A stretch of DNA of 52,293 nucleotides, taken from contig JBFXGS010000002.1 in NCBI GenBank assembly GCA_050177775.1, forward strand, positions 1-52,293, given 5' to 3'. A model generated the notes under the pieces. That model saw only the letters and a program-made list of their open reading frames with translations. It was not told where the DNA came from and did not search any database. The translations under genes were made by a program, and so were the position numbers. Of the stretch, positions 18,514 to 27,532 are shown piece by piece. Source of the stretch: Bacilli bacterium. Its GTDB lineage: Bacteria; Bacillota_I; Bacilli_A; ML615J-28; CAG-698. The stretch's first letter is position 1. Each line of letters begins with the position of its first letter.

Positions 18514-19578
18514 TTGTTTGAACGACTAGAACTGATGTTAAATCAGTATCAAAAACTAAATGATGATTTGCAAAATCCGGAAATTGTTGCAAATATCAAA
18601 AAAGTAACCGAATTAATGAAACAAATGCGAGCTTTGGAAAAAGTTGTCTTTGCTTATTTAAAATATAAAGAACTAACCAAAACGATTGACGATTTAACCG
18701 AATTACAGGAAAGTGAAGACCAAGAACTAGCGGAAATGGCGGCTTTGGAAAAAGAGGAAGCGCTTGTGAAACAAGAACAATTAGTTCAAGATTTAAAAGT
18801 TCTTTTGATTCCCAAAGACCCCAATGATGAAAAAGATGTTATTGTGGAAATAAGAGGAGCTGCTGGCGGTGATGAAGCCAATATTTTTGCCGGTGATTTA
18901 TTCCGAATGTATTCACGCTATGCCGTTGAAAGAGGTTGGAAAATTGAAGTTTTACAGGCTGTTGAATCCGAAATGGGAGGTTTTGCCCAAATCGAGTTTA
19001 TGGTCCATGGCGACAGCGTTTATTCTAATCTAAAATATGAATCGGGTTCTCATCGAGTTCAAAGAGTACCGGAAACAGAAGGAAGCGGAAGAATTCACAC
19101 CTCAACGGCAACCGTCCTAGTCATGCCGGAAGCTGATGATATTGACGTTGAATTAAATTTAGACGAGGTCAGAATTGATATTTTTTGCTCGTCCGGACCC
19201 GGTGGACAAAGTGTTAACACGACTAAATCCGCTGTGCGAGCAACCCACATACCAACCGGATTAGTAGCGTCATGCCAGGATGAAAAATCCCAACATGAAA
19301 ACAAAGCCCGCGCCTTAAAAATGTTGCAAACCCGCCTTTATGACAAGATTATGCAAGAGCTGCAAGAAAAAGAAGGTAAAGAACGATTATCAAAAATTGG
19401 GACTGGGGACCGTAGCGAAAAAATTCGCACTTATAATTATCCTCAAAATCGTGTTACCGACCATCGCATTGGTTTTACCATTCAACAACTCGATCGCGTC
19501 ATGGAAGGTAAACTTGATTCCATTATTGAAGCCTTAATCACAGAAGATCAACATCGCATTCTTTCAAAGCAAGAATAA
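18514..19578 (+). CDS. prfA: peptide chain release factor 1
   Basis: 'PGGQSVNTT' GGQ motif and 'RVQRVPETEGSGRIHTS'. I prefer the TTG at 18514, 7 nt after TGGGAG, because it gives the usual RF1 N-terminus '(M)FERLE..'. The alternative ATG at 18487 overlaps dnaB by 23 nt. Confidence 0.9.
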   Translation: MFERLELMLNQYQKLNDDLQNPEIVANIKKVTELMKQMRALEKVVFAYLKYKELTKTIDDLTELQESEDQELAEMAALEKEEALVKQEQLVQDLKVLLIPKDPNDEKDVIVEIRGAAGGDEANIFAGDLFRMYSRYAVERGWKIEVLQAVESEMGGFAQIEFMVHGDSVYSNLKYESGSHRVQRVPETEGSGRIHTSTATVLVMPEADDIDVELNLDEVRIDIFCSSGPGGQSVNTTKSAVRATHIPTGLVASCQDEKSQHENKARALKMLQTRLYDKIMQELQEKEGKERLSKIGTGDRSEKIRTYNYPQNRVTDHRIGFTIQQLDRVMEGKLDSIIEALITEDQHRILSKQE

Positions 19579-19590
19579 CGGGAGGTTGAA

Positions 19591-20622
19591 GTGCGAGATT
19601 TACTTTACCAAGAAATCGATTTAAAAGTAATCGGTGAAAATTGGGATGCCATTAAACAAAAATCCCAAAAAGATATTATTGCGGTCGTTAAAAGCCGTTG
19701 CTATGGCTTGGGTGATCAACGGATCCCCAAGTTTTTAGAAACTATAGGATGCAAAATTCTGGCTGTTGTTGATGAACAAGAAGCTTTAAGATTGTTAGAA
19801 TCAAACATAAAAACCAATGTCTTAGTATTAAATAGCGTTAGCGAAGAATTTTATCAAATGGCTAATCTTTATTCCAATCTGATTTTTTCGGTTAATTGTT
19901 TATCTGACAGTCTTTGTTTATCTAATTATTCTTTTAATCGGAAAGTTAAACTTCATGTGCAAATTGATACGGGGATGAACCGTTTAGGATTTACCAATTT
20001 AAGTGATTATTCAATGGCTCTAACGGAATTACTAAAAAATCCTAACCTTCAACTCGAAGGCCTTTACACCCATTTTGCTTCCCCGGAATATCGAGAGCAA
20101 CAAGAAACGCGGTTTCGACCTTTTTTAAAGACATATCCATATAGCATTATTCATTGTGCTGCTTCTTCGACCTATGAGTATTCGAAAATCGGCAATTTTG
20201 TGAGAGTCGGGTTGGACCTCTATGGTGATGGAAGAAAACCGCATATTAAACAGTCGGTTCGTGTTGGTTGTTTTCCGCTAGCCATCAATTTTGTGAAAAA
20301 AGGCGAATCAATCGGTTACGATCAAGCTTATAAAGTTACCGAAGACATGTATGTGGCGGTTTTACCAATTGGTTACTACAATGGATTTCGTCGCAGTTTG
20401 CGAGGGATGACGGTCTTGGCGAACCAAAAACGGTATCAAACCATCGGAATTGTTTGCATGAATCATTTGTTTGTGAAAGTCGACGAACAAGTAAATATCG
20501 ATACCGAATTTATCATCACGTCTTTGGATTTACCGATGTATGAATTAGCGCAATATTTGCAGACGACACCTCATGAAATTTGGTGTATGTTGAATATCGA
20601 CAACAAAATCTATATTGAATAG
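19591..20622 (+). CDS. alr: alanine racemase (divergent)
   Basis: GTG start after GGGAGG. 'AVVKSRCYGLG' (PLP lysine), 'HVQIDTGMNRLGF', 'YTHFASPE', 'VRVGLDLYG' and 'GESIGYDQAY' are present. Some consensus positions are altered (AYGHG to CYGLG, MD to MN). Confidence 0.8.
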   Translation: MRDLLYQEIDLKVIGENWDAIKQKSQKDIIAVVKSRCYGLGDQRIPKFLETIGCKILAVVDEQEALRLLESNIKTNVLVLNSVSEEFYQMANLYSNLIFSVNCLSDSLCLSNYSFNRKVKLHVQIDTGMNRLGFTNLSDYSMALTELLKNPNLQLEGLYTHFASPEYREQQETRFRPFLKTYPYSIIHCAASSTYEYSKIGNFVRVGLDLYGDGRKPHIKQSVRVGCFPLAINFVKKGESIGYDQAYKVTEDMYVAVLPIGYYNGFRRSLRGMTVLANQKRYQTIGIVCMNHLFVKVDEQVNIDTEFIITSLDLPMYELAQYLQTTPHEIWCMLNIDNKIYIE

Positions 20623-20626
20623 CATT

Positions 20627-21454
20627 ATGAAATTACAGCAATTTTGGACAAAATATAAGCAATTGGCGATGTCATTAAACAAAGAAGATACCGCTATCCG
20701 TTTTTTAATTTCGGAGTTACTGTCGTTATCGACAACCGACTTTTATTTAAAACAAGATCAAGATTTAACAAGTGAAGATCAAGAATTATTAGAACAAGCC
20801 ATCAGTCGATACTTATATCAACATGAACCGGTTCAATACATTGTTGGTTATACTTATTTTTGTGATTTAAAGTTGGAAGTAAGTCCCTTTGTGCTAATTC
20901 CTCGTTTTGAAACTGAAGAATTAGTTGATTTGGTGATTAACGAAAATCATTTAAAAAGGCCAACGATTCTTGATATTGGGACCGGAAGTGGAGCCATTGC
21001 CCTTGCCCTCAAAAAGAATATTCCTGATTCCACCATCTATGCTACAGATATATCGGAAGCTGCTCTTAAAGTAGCTGCTTTAAATGCCAATCGCTTGCAA
21101 TTAGATGTTCATTTTATCCAAAGCGACTTATTTGCCAACATTTCTTCAAAAGTGGATATAATTGTATCAAACCCACCATATATTGATGCTGAAGAAGAAC
21201 TTGAAGCGATTGTGAAAAATTACGAACCGCATTTAGCACTATTCGCTCCCCAAAAAGGTTTGTTTTATTATGAAACCATCTTAAAACAAGCTAGGAATTA
21301 TGTGAACGAAACGTTTTTAATGGCCATGGAAATTCCCATTAATCACGATGAAGAGATTCGGGAAATGGCCAACCGTTATTATTCTGATGCCAAGATAACC
21401 ATTTTAAAAGACTTAAGCCATCGATCCCGAATGTTACTAATAAAATCAAAATAG
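20627..21454 (+). CDS. prmC: release-factor glutamine N5-methyltransferase PrmC (HemK)
   Basis: 'LIPRFETEELV', SAM motif 'ILDIGTGSGAIALAL' and the catalytic 'VSNPPYI'. An alternative TTG start at 20615 overlaps alr. Confidence 0.9.
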   Translation: MKLQQFWTKYKQLAMSLNKEDTAIRFLISELLSLSTTDFYLKQDQDLTSEDQELLEQAISRYLYQHEPVQYIVGYTYFCDLKLEVSPFVLIPRFETEELVDLVINENHLKRPTILDIGTGSGAIALALKKNIPDSTIYATDISEAALKVAALNANRLQLDVHFIQSDLFANISSKVDIIVSNPPYIDAEEELEAIVKNYEPHLALFAPQKGLFYYETILKQARNYVNETFLMAMEIPINHDEEIREMANRYYSDAKITILKDLSHRSRMLLIKSK

Positions 21455-21461
21455 AGGAAAT

Positions 21462-22349
21462 ATGAAAATTTTATTTTTGCTTGCCGCTTTTTTTACAATT
21501 GCTTTTTCCGATGATCATCAAAACGAATTTGATGATGAGGTTAATCGGGTTTATTCAACATATCGATTGGTTGATGATTATGAAAATCCTTACTATGCGA
21601 TTAAATTAGTCCATGGTTTGGTTAATGATCAAATGACTTATGGAGTAAGTTTTTTTAGCAGTCAAGCCAAGCAATATTCTTTAAAAATGTCCTACCAAAA
21701 TCAAGTTTATGATTTACCCTGTAATCGTCGCGGCGATATTAACATTGTCGCTCTAAACTTAAAAGAAGGCAGCACTTTTTCTTTAATTGTTTTTGATTAT
21801 GACGAACACCCCCAATCACTTACCCGTTTTCAAAATATTAATGTCATTTCTAAAACGGAATTTTTGACTTTATCAAATCCGACGACGGGACTTGGAGAAG
21901 GAATGAAACCCCTGAAGTTACGAACAATTCTATCTTGGTCACCCCTGACAATTTTTTATTTCGCAATGTTATTTGTTTTTTTGATTTGCGCGTTGGTTTT
22001 AATTATTTTTTATTGGCAAAAGAAAGGCTTTTTTGAAAAAACAACGGATGAAAATATTGATAGTAAAAATACCATGTTTGATGATTTAAAAGAAGAAGAC
22101 AGCCCTTTGATTCAAGAACCAATTTTAGCATCTTCCTTTGATCAAAAACCCGTATGGGAAGAAGAAGAAATACCCACGGTTGTTAATGTGAAAGAGCATC
22201 TTTCCCTTTTAGGTTTAAATACCAATTATCAAGTAATGAGCGATGGTGAAAAATTTCAAGTGATGAGTGAGCTTATTAAACTTCGCGATCAAAAACTCCT
22301 TTCAAAAGACGATTATTTAATGGAAGTAATGTTGTTATGGAAAAAATAA
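21462..22349 (+). CDS. single-pass membrane protein of unknown function (signal peptide, ~150-aa ectodomain, TM, acidic cytoplasmic tail with a SHOCT-like C-terminus)
   Basis: 'MKILFLLAAFFTIAFS' signal peptide. TM 'LTIFYFAMLFVFLICALVLIIFYW'. The C-terminal 'EKFQVMSELIKLRDQKLLSKDDYLMEVMLL' resembles the SHOCT motif by eye. Confidence 0.6.
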   Translation: MKILFLLAAFFTIAFSDDHQNEFDDEVNRVYSTYRLVDDYENPYYAIKLVHGLVNDQMTYGVSFFSSQAKQYSLKMSYQNQVYDLPCNRRGDINIVALNLKEGSTFSLIVFDYDEHPQSLTRFQNINVISKTEFLTLSNPTTGLGEGMKPLKLRTILSWSPLTIFYFAMLFVFLICALVLIIFYWQKKGFFEKTTDENIDSKNTMFDDLKEEDSPLIQEPILASSFDQKPVWEEEEIPTVVNVKEHLSLLGLNTNYQVMSDGEKFQVMSELIKLRDQKLLSKDDYLMEVMLLWKK

Positions 22350-22894
22350 CTTTAAATGATTTTTTAAAATTAAATAAATTCGCTTTATTGGGGAAAACTG
22401 TTTGTTTCCCGACGGATACGGTTTATGGAGTCGGCGCCCTTTTTAATGATGAGCAAGCCATCAAGAAGATTTATGCCATGAAAAAAAGGGATGCGGGAAA
22501 ACCATTAGTCAACCTGTGTTCATCCATCGAACAAATAACGGATTTGCAAATCACCATTGATCGGAAAGCTCGCCAATTAATGGAAAAATACTGGCCGGGC
22601 GCACTGACAATAGTTTTGTGTCAAAATGCTCAAACCATTTCTTTTCGCATGCCGGCAAGTTCCATCGCCCTTTCCATTGTTGATCGTTTTTCATTGATGG
22701 CAACAACATCAGTGAATGAAAGTGGCGAGCCGGAATTAAATAGTTTGGACGAAATTGAGAAACGTTTTTTTGATAAAATTGATTATTTTATTTTGGATTT
22801 AGCTTCTTTCTCAAAAACCCCTTCAACCGTTGTGAAAGTATGCGAAAATGAAATAACCGTCCTTCGTCAAGGCCAAATTGATGTTTTTAAATAA
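22337..22894 (+). CDS. tsaC: L-threonylcarbamoyladenylate synthase, short TsaC/YrdC type
   Basis: 'FPTDTVYGVGA', 'KKRDAGKPL' and 'YWPGALTIV' motifs. 185 aa with no Sua5 C-terminal domain. Confidence 0.9.
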   Translation: MEKITLNDFLKLNKFALLGKTVCFPTDTVYGVGALFNDEQAIKKIYAMKKRDAGKPLVNLCSSIEQITDLQITIDRKARQLMEKYWPGALTIVLCQNAQTISFRMPASSIALSIVDRFSLMATTSVNESGEPELNSLDEIEKRFFDKIDYFILDLASFSKTPSTVVKVCENEITVLRQGQIDVFK

Positions 22895-22915
22895 ATCACT
22901 ACGGTGATTTTTTTA
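22893..22915 (+). terminator. rho-independent terminator after tsaC
   Basis: AAATCAC-TACG-GTGATTT followed by TTTTT. Confidence 0.8.
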
Positions 22916-22982
22916 TTTATTAAGAAATTAAACTGGAAAAAACGACCAAATAATAGTATAATATTGAACTAGAGGTGAAGTT

Positions 22983-23426
22983 ATGATTATTAGCATTGCT
23001 TGTGACCATGGTGGTTACCCTTTAAAAGCTCCGCTTGTTGAGCGATTACAAGCTCGCGGGTTTGAAATTATCGATCACGGAAGTTACAGCCTTGACCGAG
23101 TTGATTATCCCGAATATGCCCAAGCCGTTTGCGAAGATGTCGTCTTGAAAAAAGCCCAGTATGGGGTTTTAATATGTACGACCGGAATCGGAATGTCCAT
23201 TTATGCTAATAAATGGAAAGGCATCCGTGCCGCCCTTGTTACTAATCATGAAAGTGCTCGATTGACGCGTCAACATAATGACAGCAATATCATTACCATG
23301 GGAGCACGCTTCACAAACCTTGAAGACGCCCTCCTTTATGTGGAAACTTTCGTTAAGACTGATTTCGAAGGTGGAAGACATGAAAGAAGAGTCTGTATGA
23401 TTAATGATAAGGAGAATGAAAAATGA
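22983..23426 (+). CDS. rpiB: ribose-5-phosphate isomerase B
   Basis: '[14 protein letters not shown]' and '[17 protein letters not shown]' are canonical RpiB/LacAB motifs. GAGGTGAAG RBS. Confidence 0.95.
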   Translation: MIISIACDHGGYPLKAPLVERLQARGFEIIDHGSYSLDRVDYPEYAQAVCEDVVLKKAQYGVLICTTGIGMSIYANKWKGIRAALVTNHESARLTRQHNDSNIITMGARFTNLEDALLYVETFVKTDFEGGRHERRVCMINDKENEK

Positions 23427-24052
23427 ACGGAAAAATCGTCGTCTTTAACCACCCCCTTATGCATCACAAATTATCGTTAATTCGTGATGAGAAAACCGGA
23501 ACCAAAGATTTTCGCCAAACTGTTTCGGAAATTGGAACCCTCATGGCCTATGAAGTAACAAGAGATTTACCGACAACCAAGGTCATGATTAAAACACCGG
23601 TAGGAATTGCTGAATCATTTACGCTTGCGAAAGAAGTTGTCATCGTCCCAATCCTTCGGGCCGGATTAGGTATGGTTGATGGAATAACCGCCTTAATCCC
23701 AACTGCCAAAGTCGGTCATATCGGTTTATATCGTGATGAAGTAACTATGGAACCCCATCAATATTATGCGAAATTTCCTTCCATCATTAAAGATGCGGTT
23801 GTTTTAATCGTTGATCCGATGTTAGCGACGGGAGGAAGTGTTTCCAAGGCCATTGAATTAATTAAAAACACGGGAGCAACAAATATAAGTTATGTCGGAA
23901 TTGTTGCCGCCCCCGAAGGAATAAAACGGATTCAAAGGGATCATCCCGATGTCAATATTTTTGTTGCGGTTGTTGATGAGAAGCTAAATGAGCATGGTTA
24001 TATTGTTCCTGGTTTAGGTGATTGTGGCGATCGACTGTACGGTACAAAATGA
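23423..24052 (+). CDS. upp: uracil phosphoribosyltransferase
   Basis: '[13 protein letters not shown]', PRPP motif '[13 protein letters not shown]' and the C-terminal '[13 protein letters not shown]'. ATGA overlap with rpiB. Confidence 0.97.
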   Translation: MNGKIVVFNHPLMHHKLSLIRDEKTGTKDFRQTVSEIGTLMAYEVTRDLPTTKVMIKTPVGIAESFTLAKEVVIVPILRAGLGMVDGITALIPTAKVGHIGLYRDEVTMEPHQYYAKFPSIIKDAVVLIVDPMLATGGSVSKAIELIKNTGATNISYVGIVAAPEGIKRIQRDHPDVNIFVAVVDEKLNEHGYIVPGLGDCGDRLYGTK

Positions 24053-24059
24053 AACAAAA

Positions 24060-24080
24060 CTGGATTAAATCCAGATTTTT
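24060..24080 (+). terminator. rho-independent terminator after upp
   Basis: CTGGAT-TAA-ATCCAG followed by ATTTTTGCTTTTT. Confidence 0.7.
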
Positions 24081-24121
24081 GCTTTTTATAAAAAGACGAT
24101 GTTTTTTAAATGTTTTTTTCA

Positions 24122-24150
24122 TTGTTTTTAGTATATTTCCATAGTATAAT
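24122..24150 (+). promoter_or_regulatory. promoter of the CapD-like gene
   Basis: TTGTTT, 17-nt spacer, TATAAT. It lies inside the 5' extension of the ORF-track call, which supports the ATG at 24182. Confidence 0.55.
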
Positions 24151-24181
24151 AATTACGAAAGTTTACGAAGGGTATGAACAT

Positions 24182-26035
24182 ATGTTTACAAGGAATGTAA
24201 CCAAGGTCATTTTGCTTGTTATGATTGACATCATTATCATTGTTGGGGTTTACTTTTTGGGGTTGGAGTACATCGCCCGTGATAATGCTTTGGTTGGGTG
24301 GAAACTAGTATCATTATTTACCATTTTTGTGGTCGTAAAATTGTTTGTGTATTTCTTTACAAAATTGTATCATTTTTTATTTGACCATGTTGGAGCACAA
24401 GAATTTATGCGAATTGTTTTTGCGGCAACATTGTCTAATTTTGTGATTTTTTTTGTGTTGTTTTTATCAAAGTATGCCGAAATTAAGTGGTACTTTTTTT
24501 TGTTTACGACGCCATTAGAAATTTTGTTAATGACGGCCGTTAGGTTTTATCGAAGAATTCGTCGAAGAATTGTCAATGCCACCATTTTAGGTGCGCAGAA
24601 CAAATTCATAAATACCATTATTGTCGGTGCCGGTTCCGCGGGACGGTTAGCTTTAGAAGAAATTGAAAAAAATAATCATTTGCATAATAAAGTCGTTTTG
24701 TTTGTTGATGATGATGAAAGCAAGTTTCACAAACAAATGTGCGGTGTTGAAATAATCGGCCCCGTAACCAGTATTCCGGAATTAATCGATAAATATGATG
24801 TAAAAGAAGTAGTAATCGCCATCGCCAGTCTAGATAAAGCGCGATTAAGTGACATTATCGAAATTGTATCAACCAAGCAAGTTAAAATTAAGCGATTACC
24901 ATTAATGCTTGAAGATCAAGAAGATGACAAGCGAAAAATCATTGATGTTAGAATTGAAGATTTATTAAATCGAGGTGTAATTCAACTTGATAACCATGGT
25001 TTAAACGAATTAATCAACGGAAAAACCGTTTTAGTTACCGGTGGTGGGGGATCGATTGGTTCCGAATTAACCGAACAAATTTTAAATTATAATCCCAAGC
25101 AATTAATTATTTTTGATATTTACGAAAACACTACTTATGAAACGCAAGTCAGTCTTTCCAAGAGGATTAATAATGAAAAATTGACGACCGAATTAATTGT
25201 TTTAATTGGTAGTGTTTATAATGATGTGAGACTGGAAAGCATTTTTGAAAAATATGCTCCTGAAATTATTTTTCATGCGGCTGCTTATAAACATGTTCCG
25301 CTTATGGAAGATAACGCGGTTGAAGCCGTAAGAACCAACATTTTAGGCACATATAATGTCGCATCACTAGCCAATAAATATCATGTGAAAAAAATGATTC
25401 TCATTTCAAGTGATAAAGCGGTTCGCCCAACCAATGTTATGGGAGCGACAAAAGCCGTATGCGAGCGCATTATTCAATATTTTGATGCCATCAGCGAGAC
25501 AAACTACGCCGCCGTTCGTTTTGGCAATGTCCTCGGAAGTCATGGCAGTGTTGTTCCTTTATTCAAAAAACAAATCGAAGAAGGTGGCCCCGTTACCATC
25601 ACTCATCCCGATATTACCCGTTTCTTCATGACCATTCCTGAAGCAGTCAGTTTGATTTTGCAGTCGGCTGTATATGCCCAGGGGGGAGAAATCTTTATTT
25701 TAGATATGGGTGAACCGGTTAAGATTGTTGATTTAGCTTATAAAATGATTCGATTGAGCGGTCTTGTGCCTGAACAAGACATCAAAATAAAATTTGTGGG
25801 ATTACGTCCCGGCGAAAAATTGTATGAAGAATTATTGTTGGATGTTTCCAAACACATTAAAACCGCTAATGATAAAATCTATATTGATAAAAGGCAAGAA
25901 ATCAGCCAAATTGAAGAATTTATGACAAAAGTTCGAGAGCATTTAGACTGCGTTGATAATGAAAAGATGAAGCAACTGGTTCAAAGCTTAATTAAAGCTT
26001 ATAAAATTGATTACAATCATAATAACAATCACTAA
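24182..26035 (+). CDS. membrane-anchored polysaccharide biosynthesis protein CapD/PglF-type (UDP-HexNAc 4,6-dehydratase family)
   Basis: Four N-terminal TM segments. Two Rossmann motifs, 'IIVGAGSAGRL' and 'VLVTGGGGSIGSEL'. SDR catalytic region 'HAAAYKHVPLME' and 'SSDKAVRPTNVMGATK'. GAAGGG RBS 9 nt upstream. Confidence 0.9.
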   Translation: MFTRNVTKVILLVMIDIIIIVGVYFLGLEYIARDNALVGWKLVSLFTIFVVVKLFVYFFTKLYHFLFDHVGAQEFMRIVFAATLSNFVIFFVLFLSKYAEIKWYFFLFTTPLEILLMTAVRFYRRIRRRIVNATILGAQNKFINTIIVGAGSAGRLALEEIEKNNHLHNKVVLFVDDDESKFHKQMCGVEIIGPVTSIPELIDKYDVKEVVIAIASLDKARLSDIIEIVSTKQVKIKRLPLMLEDQEDDKRKIIDVRIEDLLNRGVIQLDNHGLNELINGKTVLVTGGGGSIGSELTEQILNYNPKQLIIFDIYENTTYETQVSLSKRINNEKLTTELIVLIGSVYNDVRLESIFEKYAPEIIFHAAAYKHVPLMEDNAVEAVRTNILGTYNVASLANKYHVKKMILISSDKAVRPTNVMGATKAVCERIIQYFDAISETNYAAVRFGNVLGSHGSVVPLFKKQIEEGGPVTITHPDITRFFMTIPEAVSLILQSAVYAQGGEIFILDMGEPVKIVDLAYKMIRLSGLVPEQDIKIKFVGLRPGEKLYEELLLDVSKHIKTANDKIYIDKRQEISQIEEFMTKVREHLDCVDNEKMKQLVQSLIKAYKIDYNHNNNH

Positions 26036-26058
26036 ACCAAGTTTAAACTTGGTTTTTT
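26034..26058 (+). terminator. rho-independent terminator after the CapD-like gene
   Basis: AAACCAAGT-TTAA-ACTTGGTTT followed by TTT. Confidence 0.85.
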
Positions 26059-26067
26059 AATTGTAAA

Positions 26068-26097
26068 TTGCTTTTTTGCTTTCATAAATGTTATAAT
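26068..26097 (+). promoter_or_regulatory. promoter upstream of the PduO-type adenosyltransferase gene
   Basis: TTGCTT, 18-nt spacer, then TATAAT with an upstream TG (TGTTATAAT). Confidence 0.6.
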
Positions 26098-26120
26098 AAA
26101 ATCAGTAAGGGAGCAAGAAT

Positions 26121-26603
26121 ATGAAAATATATACTCGAACAGGTGATGAAATGCAAACCAGCGTTATTTCCAAACGCGTTTATAAAGATGATCCACTTGT
26201 GGAATGTTTAGGAACAATCGATGAATTGCAAGCCCATTTAATGCTGTGCACACATTATGTTGATCAAAAAAAGCAAGATCTATTGCGTCATCTTGCTTCC
26301 GATTTGTTTTCTTTCAGTGCCGATTTGCTGAAAGTAGGAACACCGCGTCTTGGGGATTCGCATGTTACCAATTTAGAAAAAACCATCGATGATTTGTCAG
26401 CGTTAATCGCTCCGCAAACTGGGTTTCTTTTGCCTGGTACAACCATTGCCAATGCGCAAATTCATATCGCCCGTACCATAGGAAGAAGGCTTGAACGAGC
26501 TTTGGTAGCTTATGCCAGAAAAGAAGAAACGGCACCGATTTTATTAAGGTATATTAATCGATTATCTGATTTATTATATGTTTTAGCAAGGAGTGTGGAA
26601 TAA
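26121..26603 (+). CDS. PduO-type ATP:cob(I)alamin adenosyltransferase family protein (YvqK-like)
   Basis: 'MKIYTRTGDEMQTS' N-terminus, 'VECLGTIDELQAHL' and the C-terminal 'INRLSDLLYVLAR'. GGGAGCAAG RBS. Confidence 0.8.
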   Translation: MKIYTRTGDEMQTSVISKRVYKDDPLVECLGTIDELQAHLMLCTHYVDQKKQDLLRHLASDLFSFSADLLKVGTPRLGDSHVTNLEKTIDDLSALIAPQTGFLLPGTTIANAQIHIARTIGRRLERALVAYARKEETAPILLRYINRLSDLLYVLARSVE

Positions 26604-26606
26604 TAA

Positions 26607-26825
26607 GTGTTTGAAAAATTGATTTTCATGACCTATCTATTGATTTTTTTAGGTCTCATTCCCATTAATTATAAAGCGCTGATGGCTCTTGATTTCTCAC
26701 AATTATTTCAAAGAAATTCATCATGGCAAATCAAATTTGTTTGTGGAATTTTAAGTGTGGTTTTGGCTTTCCTTATGGCTTTTTCTTTTATTACAACCAT
26801 GGAATATATTCGTTCCTTGTTTTAA
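26607..26825 (+). CDS. small two-TM membrane protein (DUF1146/YwzB-like)
   Basis: GTG start 4 nt after the upstream stop. The 72-aa protein has two hydrophobic helices. Family assignment is by size and pattern only. Confidence 0.4.
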   Translation: MFEKLIFMTYLLIFLGLIPINYKALMALDFSQLFQRNSSWQIKFVCGILSVVLAFLMAFSFITTMEYIRSLF

Positions 26826-26827
26826 AA

Positions 26828-26857
26828 AAATCTTCCGTTACGGAAGATTATTTTTTT
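26828..26857. terminator. bidirectional rho-independent terminator
   Basis: AAATCTTCCG-TTA-CGGAAGATT followed by ATTTTTTT. It overlaps the stop codon of the convergent minus-strand gene. Confidence 0.85.
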
Positions 26858-27531
26858 AAGTCGATGGTGCTTGCTTGCCAAGCGACGATGAGGGCCAAGA
26901 AGAGTCCCAAAAGGCCGATAATGGGTAAGTAAAAAGTAAATAATGATGGTGAAGAGAAGAATAAAGCCGTTTGCTTGCTTAAAAAGGTGGTAATATTTTG
27001 GAAAAACACACTAATTAAAAGCAGTGCCGCTGAATAAATAAAAACCCAACCAAAATGAACTTTTCTTAATATTAAAGACATTAAATTAGCCATTAAAAAG
27101 ATCACAAAATGAAGCCCGAAGATTAGCAAAAAAGTTGTTATTTTCAAATAAGGAAAAGGGACAGTATAAGCAACTAAAACGCCATTTTTGGTTTCTTTGG
27201 TAATGGATAAAAGCAGAAAAACCAGCAAAGCGAAAGCTGTTTTATACAACGCATTCCCCAAACCAAAAACCAAACTGCTTAAGAAGAAACCAAAGCGATT
27301 GGTTTTAAGATTTAAATAATGGTCACATAAATGGTTATATTCATAAAATCCTAAGGTGAAGGACAAAAGCAAATTAACAACGATGAAAAAAATGGTGAAA
27401 TAATAAAAAATCCCCAAATCATTTAACATAAAAACAGTTATAAGCGTTGCCGACGTCATTAAAAAGAAGGAAACCAAAAAAATTTTTCGATAAGAATAAT
27501 AATGTAATGCGAAAGGCTTAAATAAATTCAT
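26848..27531 (-). CDS. six-TM integral membrane protein (ABC-2-type permease-like partner)
   Basis: The 227-aa protein is almost entirely hydrophobic helices. It starts 1 nt after the stop of the upstream ATPase-like gene. Confidence 0.65.
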   Translation of the reverse strand: MNLFKPFALHYYSYRKIFLVSFFLMTSATLITVFMLNDLGIFYYFTIFFIVVNLLLSFTLGFYEYNHLCDHYLNLKTNRFGFFLSSLVFGLGNALYKTAFALLVFLLLSITKETKNGVLVAYTVPFPYLKITTFLLIFGLHFVIFLMANLMSLILRKVHFGWVFIYSAALLLISVFFQNITTFLSKQTALFFSSPSLFTFYLPIIGLLGLFLALIVAWQASTIDLKK

Positions 27532-27532
27532 A

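Noticed and set aside
24110-24181. The 24-codon 5' extension of the CapD-like ORF given in the ORF track.
   Set aside because: A TTGTTT-17-TATAAT promoter lies inside it. GAAGGG plus ATG at 24182 gives a normal start just before the first TM helix.
26723-26932. A 69-aa plus-strand ORF spanning the end of the small membrane protein gene and the start of the convergent gene region.
   Set aside because: It runs straight through a strong bidirectional terminator hairpin and overlaps two better-supported genes. It has no RBS.
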